Shown here: in pieces, positions 16,698 to 27,234 of the stretch
Position numbering within the stretch: the first letter of the stretch is position 1
Layout: every line of letters starts with the position of its first letter
DNA from: Gemmatimonadota bacterium
Lineage (GTDB): Bacteria > Gemmatimonadota > Gemmatimonadetes > Gemmatimonadales > Gemmatimonadaceae
NCBI GenBank assembly: GCA_028287305.1
Contig: JAQBPX010000021.1
Coordinates: 84,433-116,432, forward strand
Reading direction: 5' to 3'
Length of the DNA: 32,000 bases
Made by a program: the position numbers and the translations under genes
The notes under the pieces: model-generated
Told to the model about the DNA's origin: nothing
The model's database searches: none
The model's input: only the letters and a program-made list of their open reading frames with translations

Positions 16698-16730
16698 TCA
16701 GCCGTGCGGCCGCGGCGCGCGGAGATCCCC

Positions 16731-17693
16731 TTACCCTTCGAGAACTTCCCTTGGATCTATCCCGGCGCCCAGCGCCAGCATGAGGTCTATGCGCGCCTGT
16801 TGCGGGCGGCGGCTGCCGGAGAAGATCGCGCCCAGCTCGTAGAGCCGCCGACCACCGCCCGGATATCCATAGGTCGGCCCCACGCGCCCGCGCAGCGATC
16901 GCGATGCGATCACCACCGGCCTCCCTTCCCCGATCCATCGCTCCACGCCGGGCACCATCTCCGGCGGCACGTTGCCCCGCCCCATCCCCGCGACCACCAG
17001 GCCGAGCGCGCCACTGGCCAGTGACGCGTCGAGCAGCCGCGAGTCGGCGCCGGCGCATGCGTACACCAGGTCGATCGGCTCGGCGAGTGACTCCGCGCTG
17101 ATCACGATCGTGGGCTCCGGCAGCGCGCGGCGGAAGATCACCTCGCCATCGTCGATCACGCCGAGCGGCCCGAGGCCCGGGCTCTCGAACGCATCCAGCA
17201 TGTGCGTGTGCGCCTTGGTCACGTCGAGCCCCGAGAAGATGCGGTCGCCCATCACCACCAGCACGCCGAAGCCGCGCGCGGCGCTGCTCGCGGCCACCCG
17301 CACGGCGCCCCCGAGGTTCGCCGGCCCATCCCATCCGAGGTCGCTCGAGGTGCGCATCGCGCCCGTGAACACGATGGGCTTCTCGCTCTCGAGCGAGCGC
17401 GCCACCAGGTAGGCGGACTCCTCCAGCGAGTCCGTGCCGTGCGTGATCACCACGCCCTCCACCTCCGCGCGCGCGAGGTGCTGCGCGATGCGCCCGCGCA
17501 ACGACCACATGAGCGGCCCCGTCATGTGCGGCCCCGGGTACGACCCGAAGTCGTCCACCTCGAGCTCGGCGATCCGCTCGAGCCCCGGCACGAGCGCCAT
17601 GATGTCGCGCCCCGCGAGGGCCGGCACGGCACCGCCCTTCGCGGCATCGTGCCGCATGGAGATCGTTCCACCGGTGAAGATGAGGACGATCAT
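16731..17693 (-). CDS. ansA: L-asparaginase, type I family
   Basis: N-terminal IFTGGTISM (catalytic Thr motif) and ITHGTDSLEE. Confidence 0.9.
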   Translation of the reverse strand: MIVLIFTGGTISMRHDAAKGGAVPALAGRDIMALVPGLERIAELEVDDFGSYPGPHMTGPLMWSLRGRIAQHLARAEVEGVVITHGTDSLEESAYLVARSLESEKPIVFTGAMRTSSDLGWDGPANLGGAVRVAASSAARGFGVLVVMGDRIFSGLDVTKAHTHMLDAFESPGLGPLGVIDDGEVIFRRALPEPTIVISAESLAEPIDLVYACAGADSRLLDASLASGALGLVVAGMGRGNVPPEMVPGVERWIGEGRPVVIASRSLRGRVGPTYGYPGGGRRLYELGAIFSGSRRPQQARIDLMLALGAGIDPREVLEG

Positions 17694-18445
17694 CCGCAGA
17701 GCACCGCGCCGCCGTTCACGTTCACGATCTCGCCGGTGATGTGCCGTGCGTGCGACGAGCAGAGGAACACGATCGGGCCGGCGATGTCCTCCGCAGTCGC
17801 TACGCGACCGATCGGGATCGAGGCGGCAATGCGCTCACGGCCGCCCGCGTCGAGCGCACCCCCGACCATCTCGGTGTCCACCCACCCCGGCGCCACGGCG
17901 TTCACGGTCACGCCGCGTGACGCCAGCTCCGGCGCGAGCGACTTCACGAACGAGATCATCGCGCCCTTGCTCGCGCCATAGTCGGCATGATACGCCTCAC
18001 CGCGCTGCCCCGCGGTGCTCGCCACCAGCACGATTCGCCCATCGCGCTCGATGGCGCGCGACACCGCGCGACAGGTGAAGAACATGGCATCGATGTTGTC
18101 GACGGTCGTGCGATGCCAGCGCGCGTCGTCCATCTCGCTCACGGGCACGTCCTCCGCGGGCCACGTCCCCGCGTTGCCGACGAACAGGTCCAGGCCGCCG
18201 AGCAGCGACACGGCGCTCGACACCAGCGCGTCCGCGCCCTCGACGGTCGCGAGATCCGATGCGAATGCGCCGGCCGCGACGCCCAGCCCCTCCAGCTCGC
18301 GCACGACGAGCTCCGCGTCCGCGCGCCTCGATCGATAGCCGATCACCACGCTCGCGCCGCAGAGCGCGAGCATCCGCGCGGTGGCCGCGCCGATCCCCCG
18401 AGACCCGCCGGTGACGAGCGCCCGCTTCCCCTGGAGGTCGATCAC
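17690..18445 (-). CDS. Short-chain dehydrogenase/reductase (FabG-like)
   Basis: TGGSRGIG, NAG and YGASK motifs. ATGA overlaps on both sides. Confidence 0.9.
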   Translation of the reverse strand: MIDLQGKRALVTGGSRGIGAATARMLALCGASVVIGYRSRRADAELVVRELEGLGVAAGAFASDLATVEGADALVSSAVSLLGGLDLFVGNAGTWPAEDVPVSEMDDARWHRTTVDNIDAMFFTCRAVSRAIERDGRIVLVASTAGQRGEAYHADYGASKGAMISFVKSLAPELASRGVTVNAVAPGWVDTEMVGGALDAGGRERIAASIPIGRVATAEDIAGPIVFLCSSHARHITGEIVNVNGGAVLCG

Positions 18446-19011
18446 AGCTCCTGCTCCACCAGGTCGCAGATGATGTGCTCCACGCAGAGGTGCAGCTCCT
18501 GCGCACGGTCGGTGCGATCCGTGGGGATGATCACGTTGTGGTCGGCGAGGTCGCGCAGCTTGCCGCCATCGCGCGCGCTGAATGCCAGCACCTTGACCCC
18601 CTTCGCGCGCGCCGCCCCTGCCGCATTGATCACGTTCGGCGAGTTCCCGCTCGTGCTGTGGATGATCAGCAGGTCGCCCGGGCGCGCGAGCGCCTCCACC
18701 TGCCGGCCGAAGATGTGGTCGAAGCCAAGGTCGTTGCCGGCCGCGGTGATCAGCGACGTATCCGTGGTGAGCGCGATGGCCGGGTACGCGCGACGATTCC
18801 GCATGTAGCGCACGACGTACTCCGTCGCCATGTGCTGCGCGTCGGCGGCGCTGCCCCCGTTTCCGCAGAAGAAGAGGGTGCCCCCGCCCGTCACCGTCTC
18901 GCGCACGAGCGCCAGCGCGCCGTCGAGCTGCGGGCCGATCTCCTCCAGGGTGCGGAGGGCCGTGCTGGCGAGGTCGCGCAGCGCGTCGGAAAACTGCGAG
19001 CCCGATGCCAT
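18442..19011 (-). CDS. gmhA: SIS-domain phosphoheptose isomerase family (GmhA/DiaA-like)
   Basis: FFCGNGGSAADAQHMATE, YPAIALT, GNDLGFDHIF and HSTSGNS align colinearly with my recollection of E. coli GmhA. Confidence 0.85.
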   Translation of the reverse strand: MASGSQFSDALRDLASTALRTLEEIGPQLDGALALVRETVTGGGTLFFCGNGGSAADAQHMATEYVVRYMRNRRAYPAIALTTDTSLITAAGNDLGFDHIFGRQVEALARPGDLLIIHSTSGNSPNVINAAGAARAKGVKVLAFSARDGGKLRDLADHNVIIPTDRTDRAQELHLCVEHIICDLVEQEL

Positions 19012-19039
19012 GAGTTGGGGATTGAGGCGAACCGGCGGG

Positions 19040-19810
19040 TCAGTACGTGTTGCGCGAGCGGCGTCCCAGCACCAGCTCCTTCAGGCGGCCGAGCATTCCC
19101 GGGCGGCGCGGCAGCGGCGACACCGGGATCATCGGCTCGTTCGCCAGCAGCTTGCGGGCGTTGGTGCTCGTGAGGAGCTCCGCGTGTTCCGGCGCGCCGA
19201 CTTCCAGCAGCCATTCGCGCGCGGCAACCAGCGAACGCCGGTCCCCGTGCGTGTCGCTCGCCAGGATGTCCACCATCCCCGCCTCGAGCAGCTCCATCGA
19301 GAGGCGCGAGGTGGAGTCGCCACCGAGCATTCCCGCCGCATCCATCTGGATCACGGCGCCGATGCGCCGCCACTCGTCCACGGTGTCCACCGTGCAGCCG
19401 TAGTAGCGCTCGGGATGCGCGACCACGGGCACCACGCCGCTCATCCGCAACCGGAACAGCTCAGCCGCCGCGTTCGGCGGCAGCGCGCTGCGCGGAAACT
19501 CCACCAGCACCGCGCTCGACCCGCCGAGCGAGAAGCGCTTGTCGCGGAGGTCCACCCCGGGCTGGTCGAGCATGATCTCCCAGCCCAGCGTGAGCCTGGG
19601 CGTGTCCGGCGCGGCGGCGCGCAGCACTTCGAGTATCTCGCAGTGCTTCTCGTACGGGGCGGACGTCGCGCGCGACGCCTCCAGGTGCGGCGTGCACACC
19701 ACGGTGTCCACTCCCCCGTCGCGGAAGTGCAGGAGCACGGGCAGCGAGACCTCCACCGACGGCGAGCCGTCGTCCACGCCGGGCAGCAGGTGCGTGTGGA
19801 TGTCGATCAT
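19040..19810 (-). CDS. PHP-family metal-dependent phosphatase (CpsB/YwqE-type protein-tyrosine phosphatase family)
   Basis: MIDIHTHLLPGVDDG N-terminus, CTPH, AHPERY and ASDTHG motifs. Confidence 0.85.
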   Translation of the reverse strand: MIDIHTHLLPGVDDGSPSVEVSLPVLLHFRDGGVDTVVCTPHLEASRATSAPYEKHCEILEVLRAAAPDTPRLTLGWEIMLDQPGVDLRDKRFSLGGSSAVLVEFPRSALPPNAAAELFRLRMSGVVPVVAHPERYYGCTVDTVDEWRRIGAVIQMDAAGMLGGDSTSRLSMELLEAGMVDILASDTHGDRRSLVAAREWLLEVGAPEHAELLTSTNARKLLANEPMIPVSPLPRRPGMLGRLKELVLGRRSRNTY

Positions 19811-20520
19811 GCGCCCGCCGCCAGCGCGAGGTCGCGCACCATGCGGCTGCGCTCGCGCTCCAGCAGGCTGCCCACCACCACGAAGTCCGCACCGGCCTCG
19901 CGCGCGGCGCGCACTCCGGCGGCGTCGGCGATGCCGCCACCCACGAACAGCGCGCCCCGCGCCGCCGCGCGCGCGGCGCGAATCATCGGCTGGCTGACCG
20001 CGCGCGGCGCGCCGCTGCCCGCGTCCACGTACGTGGCCTGCATCCCGATCAGCATCGCGGCCTCCACGTGCGCCGCGAGGATCTCGGCCTTGCCCGCAGG
20101 AAGCGGGCGCGTCTGGCTCACCGACTCCACCGTGGTCACCTCGCCGCCATCCACCAGCAGGTACGCCGTGGAGATGGGCACCACCTCCGGATGCCGGCGG
20201 AAGAACGGCACCGCCCGCACGTGCTCCTCGATCAGGTACTGCGGGTTGCGCCCCGACACGAGCGAGAGCAGGAGCACCGCGTCGACCACGGGCACCAGCT
20301 GCGAGGCCGTCGCCGGGAACTGGATCACGGGAACGCCGCAGGCCGCCGCGCGCAGCGCCTCGCCCACGCGCTCGGTGTTGCCATCCTCACCGAAGCTGTT
20401 GCCGAGCAGGAACAGCGCGACGCCCTCACCCGCGCCGCGACTCGCGAGCGCTGCGGCGTCGGCCGCCGTGGTGCGGTCGGGATCCACCAGGATCGCGAGT
20501 CCCCGGCGCCCGTCGAGCAT
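19807..20520 (-). CDS. Geranylgeranylglyceryl / heptaprenylglyceryl phosphate synthase family protein (GGGPS/PcrB)
   Basis: 237 aa. ILVDPD, LLLSLVSGRNPQYLIEEH, YVDAGSGA and LFVGGGI...ADFVVVG align colinearly with my recollection of B. subtilis PcrB. Start trimmed from 20985 to the ATG at 20520, a TGATG overlap with the upstream gene. Confidence 0.85.
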   Translation of the reverse strand: MLDGRRGLAILVDPDRTTAADAAALASRGAGEGVALFLLGNSFGEDGNTERVGEALRAAACGVPVIQFPATASQLVPVVDAVLLLSLVSGRNPQYLIEEHVRAVPFFRRHPEVVPISTAYLLVDGGEVTTVESVSQTRPLPAGKAEILAAHVEAAMLIGMQATYVDAGSGAPRAVSQPMIRAARAAARGALFVGGGIADAAGVRAAREAGADFVVVGSLLERERSRMVRDLALAAGA

Positions 20521-20860
20521 CAGGCAACGCCCTCCGCGCTCTCGTAGCGGGCGCCAAGCGCGGCGATGCGGCGCATGGACTCGCTCGCATGCGCATCGAG
20601 TTGCGCAGGGACGGCCGCGTCGTGCTCGAACGCGTACGTCGCGAGCGCATCGGCGGTGAGCAGGTCGAGCGCCGAGTCGCGCCCGGTGCGTCGCAGGTCG
20701 AGCAGCGACTCCAGCAGCCGCTCGGCGGCCGCCAGGCAGTGGCTCGCGGTCTCCTGCTGCGACAGGTCGGCATCGCCGCCGAGCGCCTGGATCACGTGCG
20801 CGACGAGCGCCTCGGGAGGCACCGGGTCCCGCCGCTCGAGCCAGGCGCGCACCGTGGCCA

Positions 20861-20861
<1 letters not shown>
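20520..20861 (-). CDS. Hypothetical protein, 113 aa, acidic and probably helical
   Basis: This is the C-terminal 113 codons of ORF-track entry 20520..22145. The rest of that ORF is out of frame inside alaS. The ATG at 20861 overlaps the alaS stop (TGATG), and its own stop overlaps the GGGPS start. Confidence 0.55.
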
Positions 20862-23650
<2,789 letters not shown>

Positions 23651-23659
23651 ATATGGCGC

Positions 23660-23688
23660 AATATGCCCGCGGCGAGGGGCAAACTCAA
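23660..23688 (-). promoter_or_regulatory. Candidate alaS promoter: TTGAGT-17 nt-CATATT, with the -10 element 9 nt before the ATG
   Basis: Minus strand reads GATTGAGT TTGCCCCTCGCCGCGGG CATATT GCGCCATAT ATG. No SD. Confidence 0.3.
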
Positions 23689-23722
23689 TCGGTGGTGCAG
23701 GTTGGGCGATGCCGGGCCCGCC

Positions 23723-24400
23723 TCAATCCTCGTCGCCGATGTCGTCGTCGCCCATCCCTGCGTGAGGATCGGAGCCCACCAGTTCCTTCACCATGCGTCC
23801 CACGTCCGCGGCGTCGAAGCCGCGCCGCGCGAGAAACCCGTAGAGGCGACGGCGCTGGGTCTCGGCGTCGAGCTGGAGCAGCGTGCGGTACTTCTTGCGC
23901 GCCACGCGCTCGATGGAGGCGCCGTCGTCGAGCCCCTCCTCCTCGTAGACATTGCCGATGGCTTCCTCGCCCACCTCGCGCGCGACGCCCTTGCGCCCGA
24001 GCTCCTGGGAGAGGCGGCGCTTCGAGATGCCGGAGCCGAGTGCCTTGCTGCGCGCGAACTGCCGCGCGAACTGTGCGTCGTCGAGCAGTCCCTGGTCGGC
24101 GAGCCGCTGCAGCGCCGCGTCCACGAGCTCGGCGGGCTCGCCCTTTCGCACGAGCAGCCGACGCAGCTCGGTGCGCGCGCGCGCGCGCGCTGACAGCATG
24201 TTGAGCGCGCGATCGTAGGTGGCGAGCAGCGCGGACTCGTGCGCGAGGGTGGGGGCGACATCGTCGTAGGACTCGCCGACGCTGAGCTGCAGCCGCTCGA
24301 GCACGTCGAGGGATATGGTCGCGACGTGCTCGCCATCAGCGAGCAGGTCGTAGCGTCCCGGCTTGCGTGGTGTCGCGACGATTGCGGAGATCAGCGCCAT
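23723..24400 (-). CDS. recX: Recombination regulator RecX
   Basis: Repeated helical RecX modules (RTELRRLLVRKG..VDAALQRLADQGLLDDAQFA) and the position between recA and alaS. Start trimmed from 24463 to the ATG at 24400 (MALISAIV...). Confidence 0.85.
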   Translation of the reverse strand: MALISAIVATPRKPGRYDLLADGEHVATISLDVLERLQLSVGESYDDVAPTLAHESALLATYDRALNMLSARARARTELRRLLVRKGEPAELVDAALQRLADQGLLDDAQFARQFARSKALGSGISKRRLSQELGRKGVAREVGEEAIGNVYEEEGLDDGASIERVARKKYRTLLQLDAETQRRRLYGFLARRGFDAADVGRMVKELVGSDPHAGMGDDDIGDED

Positions 24401-24446
24401 GTAGTGAGCGCGTGGAACGCGCGGCGAAGGTGACCGGAAAGACAGA

Positions 24447-24521
24447 GGGCCGGGGAGTCGCACACTTTCGGCGTTGGGAGTTTCCGGGTCCCGTCGCTTC
24501 TTGTGTGTTTCTCCCCGGCCC
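24447..24521 (-). terminator. recA-recX intergenic hairpin with a U-rich 3' tail (probable partial terminator/attenuator)
   Basis: Perfect 11-bp inverted repeat GGGCCGGGGAG (24447-57) / CTCCCCGGCCC (24511-21), plus an inner CACAC/GTGTG stem. On the minus strand the hairpin is followed by UCUGUCUUUCC. Confidence 0.55.
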
Positions 24522-24558
24522 CGTGCTGACCGGTTACAAAGGGAATGTAGTGCGAGGG

Positions 24559-25599
<1,041 letters not shown>

Positions 25600-25695
25600 T
25601 GTTATACACTCGTCGGTTGTGGTGACTCACCCTGGCAAGACAGCGCGAATCGTGTCCGGAAGCTGGGCTGGAAGGCTCCAGCCGGGCACCCGAAT

Positions 25696-25724
25696 AAAAT
25701 ACGAAGATCGCTCGCGGGAATCAA
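25696..25724 (-). promoter_or_regulatory. Candidate recA promoter: TTGATT-17 nt-TATTTT
   Basis: An AT-rich island in an otherwise GC-rich window. The minus strand reads TTGATT CCCGCGAGCGATCTTCG TATTTT, about 95 nt upstream of the ATG. Confidence 0.3.
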
Positions 25725-25750
25725 GCTTTTTTTCGGGGATGTTTCGCGGG

Positions 25751-26119
25751 TCACCCGGCGAAGTCGAAGGCGTGCGGAACGTGCCGTACCCGCACCCGCT
25801 CCCCCTCCACCAGCACCCCGAACACGTCGAAGCGGTACTCGTCCGTCTCCCTCCCGTGCCGGTCGATCCAGACCCGGGCGGAGCGGCCCAGCTCGCGCTG
25901 CTTCCGCCAGGTGACCGCCTCCACCGGGTCCCCGAAGGCGAGTCCCTTCCGCGCCTTCACCTCCACGAACGCCACGGTGCCCTCCCGCTCGACCACGAGG
26001 TCGATGTCCCGGTGGCCGCTGCGGAAGCGGCGCTGCACGACGCGCCACCCCTGCCGCCGGAGCCACCGCTCCGCGATCCGTTCTCCCAGCTCCCCGAAGC
26101 GCTGCCTGGCCGCTGACAT
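25751..26119 (-). CDS. yraN: YraN family (UPF0102) endonuclease-like protein
   Basis: GELGERIAERWLRRQGWRVVQRRFR..DIDLVVE..VAFVEVKAR matches the YraN pattern. Start trimmed from 26257. Candidate ATGs lie at 26119 (MSAARQ..., preferred) and 26128. Confidence 0.8.
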   Translation of the reverse strand: MSAARQRFGELGERIAERWLRRQGWRVVQRRFRSGHRDIDLVVEREGTVAFVEVKARKGLAFGDPVEAVTWRKQRELGRSARVWIDRHGRETDEYRFDVFGVLVEGERVRVRHVPHAFDFAG

Positions 26120-26126
26120 GGGAGGC

Positions 26127-26132
26127 ATTCTA
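26127..26132 (-). promoter_or_regulatory. -10-like hexamer TAGAAT, 7 nt upstream of the yraN ATG (leaderless-type geometry)
   Basis: Minus strand reads CCA TAGAAT GCCTCCC ATG. No SD. Confidence 0.3.
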
Positions 26133-26204
26133 TGGAGATCGTGGCGGGCGCCAGCACCATCACAGCGCGGCCACAAGCATTCGGGTGCCTGGCCTGAACT
26201 GCAA

Positions 26205-26365
26205 CAGCATTCGCCGCGGACGACCGCGGACGACCGCGGAGAACGACAGAGACTCAAGAAACTTTTCCTGCTGTCATCCGCGCTCGTCGGCGGCCAAGGT
26301 CAGTTGCAGTTGCAGTTGCAGTTGCAGTTGTCCGCGTCCTCCGCGGTCGTCCGCGGCTAATGCTG
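26205..26365. repeat. Imperfect inverted repeat (about 35-bp arms) flanking a 90-bp core; the arms are built from 10-bp-phased GGACGAC / GTCGTCC heptamers
   Basis: Left arm 26205-26240: CAGCATTCGCCGCGGACGACCGCGGACGACCGCGGA. Reverse complement of right arm 26331-26365: CAGCATTAGCCGCGGACGACCGCGGAGGACGCGGA. The core holds an AT-richer patch and the (CAGTTG)5 tract. Confidence 0.7.
26301..26330. repeat. Perfect hexanucleotide microsatellite (CAGTTG)x5
   Basis: Read directly from the sequence as cagttg x5. It is intergenic and abuts the right arm of the inverted repeat. Confidence 0.95.
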
Positions 26366-26376
26366 TTCAATGCCGT

Positions 26377-27180
26377 TCACCCCCCGCCCCCCAGCCTCTC
26401 CCGCGCGACCATCATCACCCCGGGGTCATCCGACAGGATCCCCTCGATCCCCGCGCTCCAGAGCCGCGCCGCGTACACGGGGTCGTTCACCGTCCACACG
26501 TGCGTCGGCACCCCGATGCGCCTCACGGCCCGCGCCAGGCGCTCCACCGGCACTGGCATCCCATTGAAGTTCGGCGTGATGCAGAGCGCGTCATACGGCA
26601 CTCGCTTCACCCCGAAGGGCGGCAGCGACGTGCGCGCCAGCAGCGCCACGCAGTCCGTCAGCGACGCACCCGTCTCCGTCACGCCCCGGAAGGGTTCCAC
26701 CGCGCGGCGGTCGGTCGAGTCCACCAGCACGCGCTCCAGCAGCCCGTGCGCCCGCAGCAGGCGCAGCGTCTCCGGCACCGCCTCCGGCAGCTTGACCTCG
26801 ATCAGCATCGGCATCGCCGAGTAGCGCTCGAGCACGTGGGCGAGCGTGAGCACGCGCAGCCCCGTGCCGCACTGCGCGGCGAACCTCGCACCCGCGTCGA
26901 ACCGCTGCAGCTCGCGCAGCGAATGGGCCCGCACCTCGCCCCGCCCATCGGTGGTGCGCTCGAGCGTGGGATCGTGGATCACCACCGCCTGCCCGTCGCG
27001 AGTGAGCCTGACGTCGAACTCGATCGCGTCCACGCCCATGGCCACCGCGGCGTCGAACGAGGCCGTGGTGTTCTCCGGGAAGTTCGTCTTGTCGCCCCGG
27101 TGCGCGATCACCAGTCGGCGGCCCGGCTCGGCCAGTATGGTCACGATGAGGAATAGGCGTGGGGGGCGCCGGATACGCAA
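26377..27180 (-). CDS. Glycerophosphodiester phosphodiesterase (GDPD family)
   Basis: VIAHRGD..FPENT, EFDVRLTRDGQAVVIHD. The start is uncertain: TTG at 27180 or GTG at 27144, neither with an SD. Confidence 0.85.
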   Translation of the reverse strand: MRIRRPPRLFLIVTILAEPGRRLVIAHRGDKTNFPENTTASFDAAVAMGVDAIEFDVRLTRDGQAVVIHDPTLERTTDGRGEVRAHSLRELQRFDAGARFAAQCGTGLRVLTLAHVLERYSAMPMLIEVKLPEAVPETLRLLRAHGLLERVLVDSTDRRAVEPFRGVTETGASLTDCVALLARTSLPPFGVKRVPYDALCITPNFNGMPVPVERLARAVRRIGVPTHVWTVNDPVYAARLWSAGIEGILSDDPGVMMVARERLGGGG

Positions 27181-27181
27181 C

Positions 27182-27216
27182 GACGGCGGCAGGTCCTGGG
27201 GGACCCACCGCCGCCG
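27182..27216 (-). terminator. GC-rich hairpin downstream of the TonB-dependent receptor gene
   Basis: CGGCGGC (27184-90) pairs with GCCGCCG (27210-16), and GGTCC (27192-96) with GGACC (27201-05), leaving a 4-nt loop. There is no clear U tract. Confidence 0.35.
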
Positions 27217-27234
27217 CTCACTGCAAGTGGCCGC

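Noticed and set aside
25600-25750. Canonical SOS (LexA) box upstream of recA
   Set aside because: I found no match to the LexA motifs I know. TGTATAACA next to the ATG has only 3-bp arms. The 7-4-7 palindrome is reported separately, as a hypothesis only.
26245-26268. Seven-codon mini-ORF (MTAGKVS) on the minus strand in the core of the 26.2-kb palindrome
   Set aside because: It is too short, has no SD, and has no supporting conservation evidence available.
26301-26330. Possible CRISPR array or other spacer-repeat structure at the hexamer tracts (also at 30933..30974)
   Set aside because: The units are 6 nt, contiguous and without spacers, and no cas genes are present. These are microsatellites.
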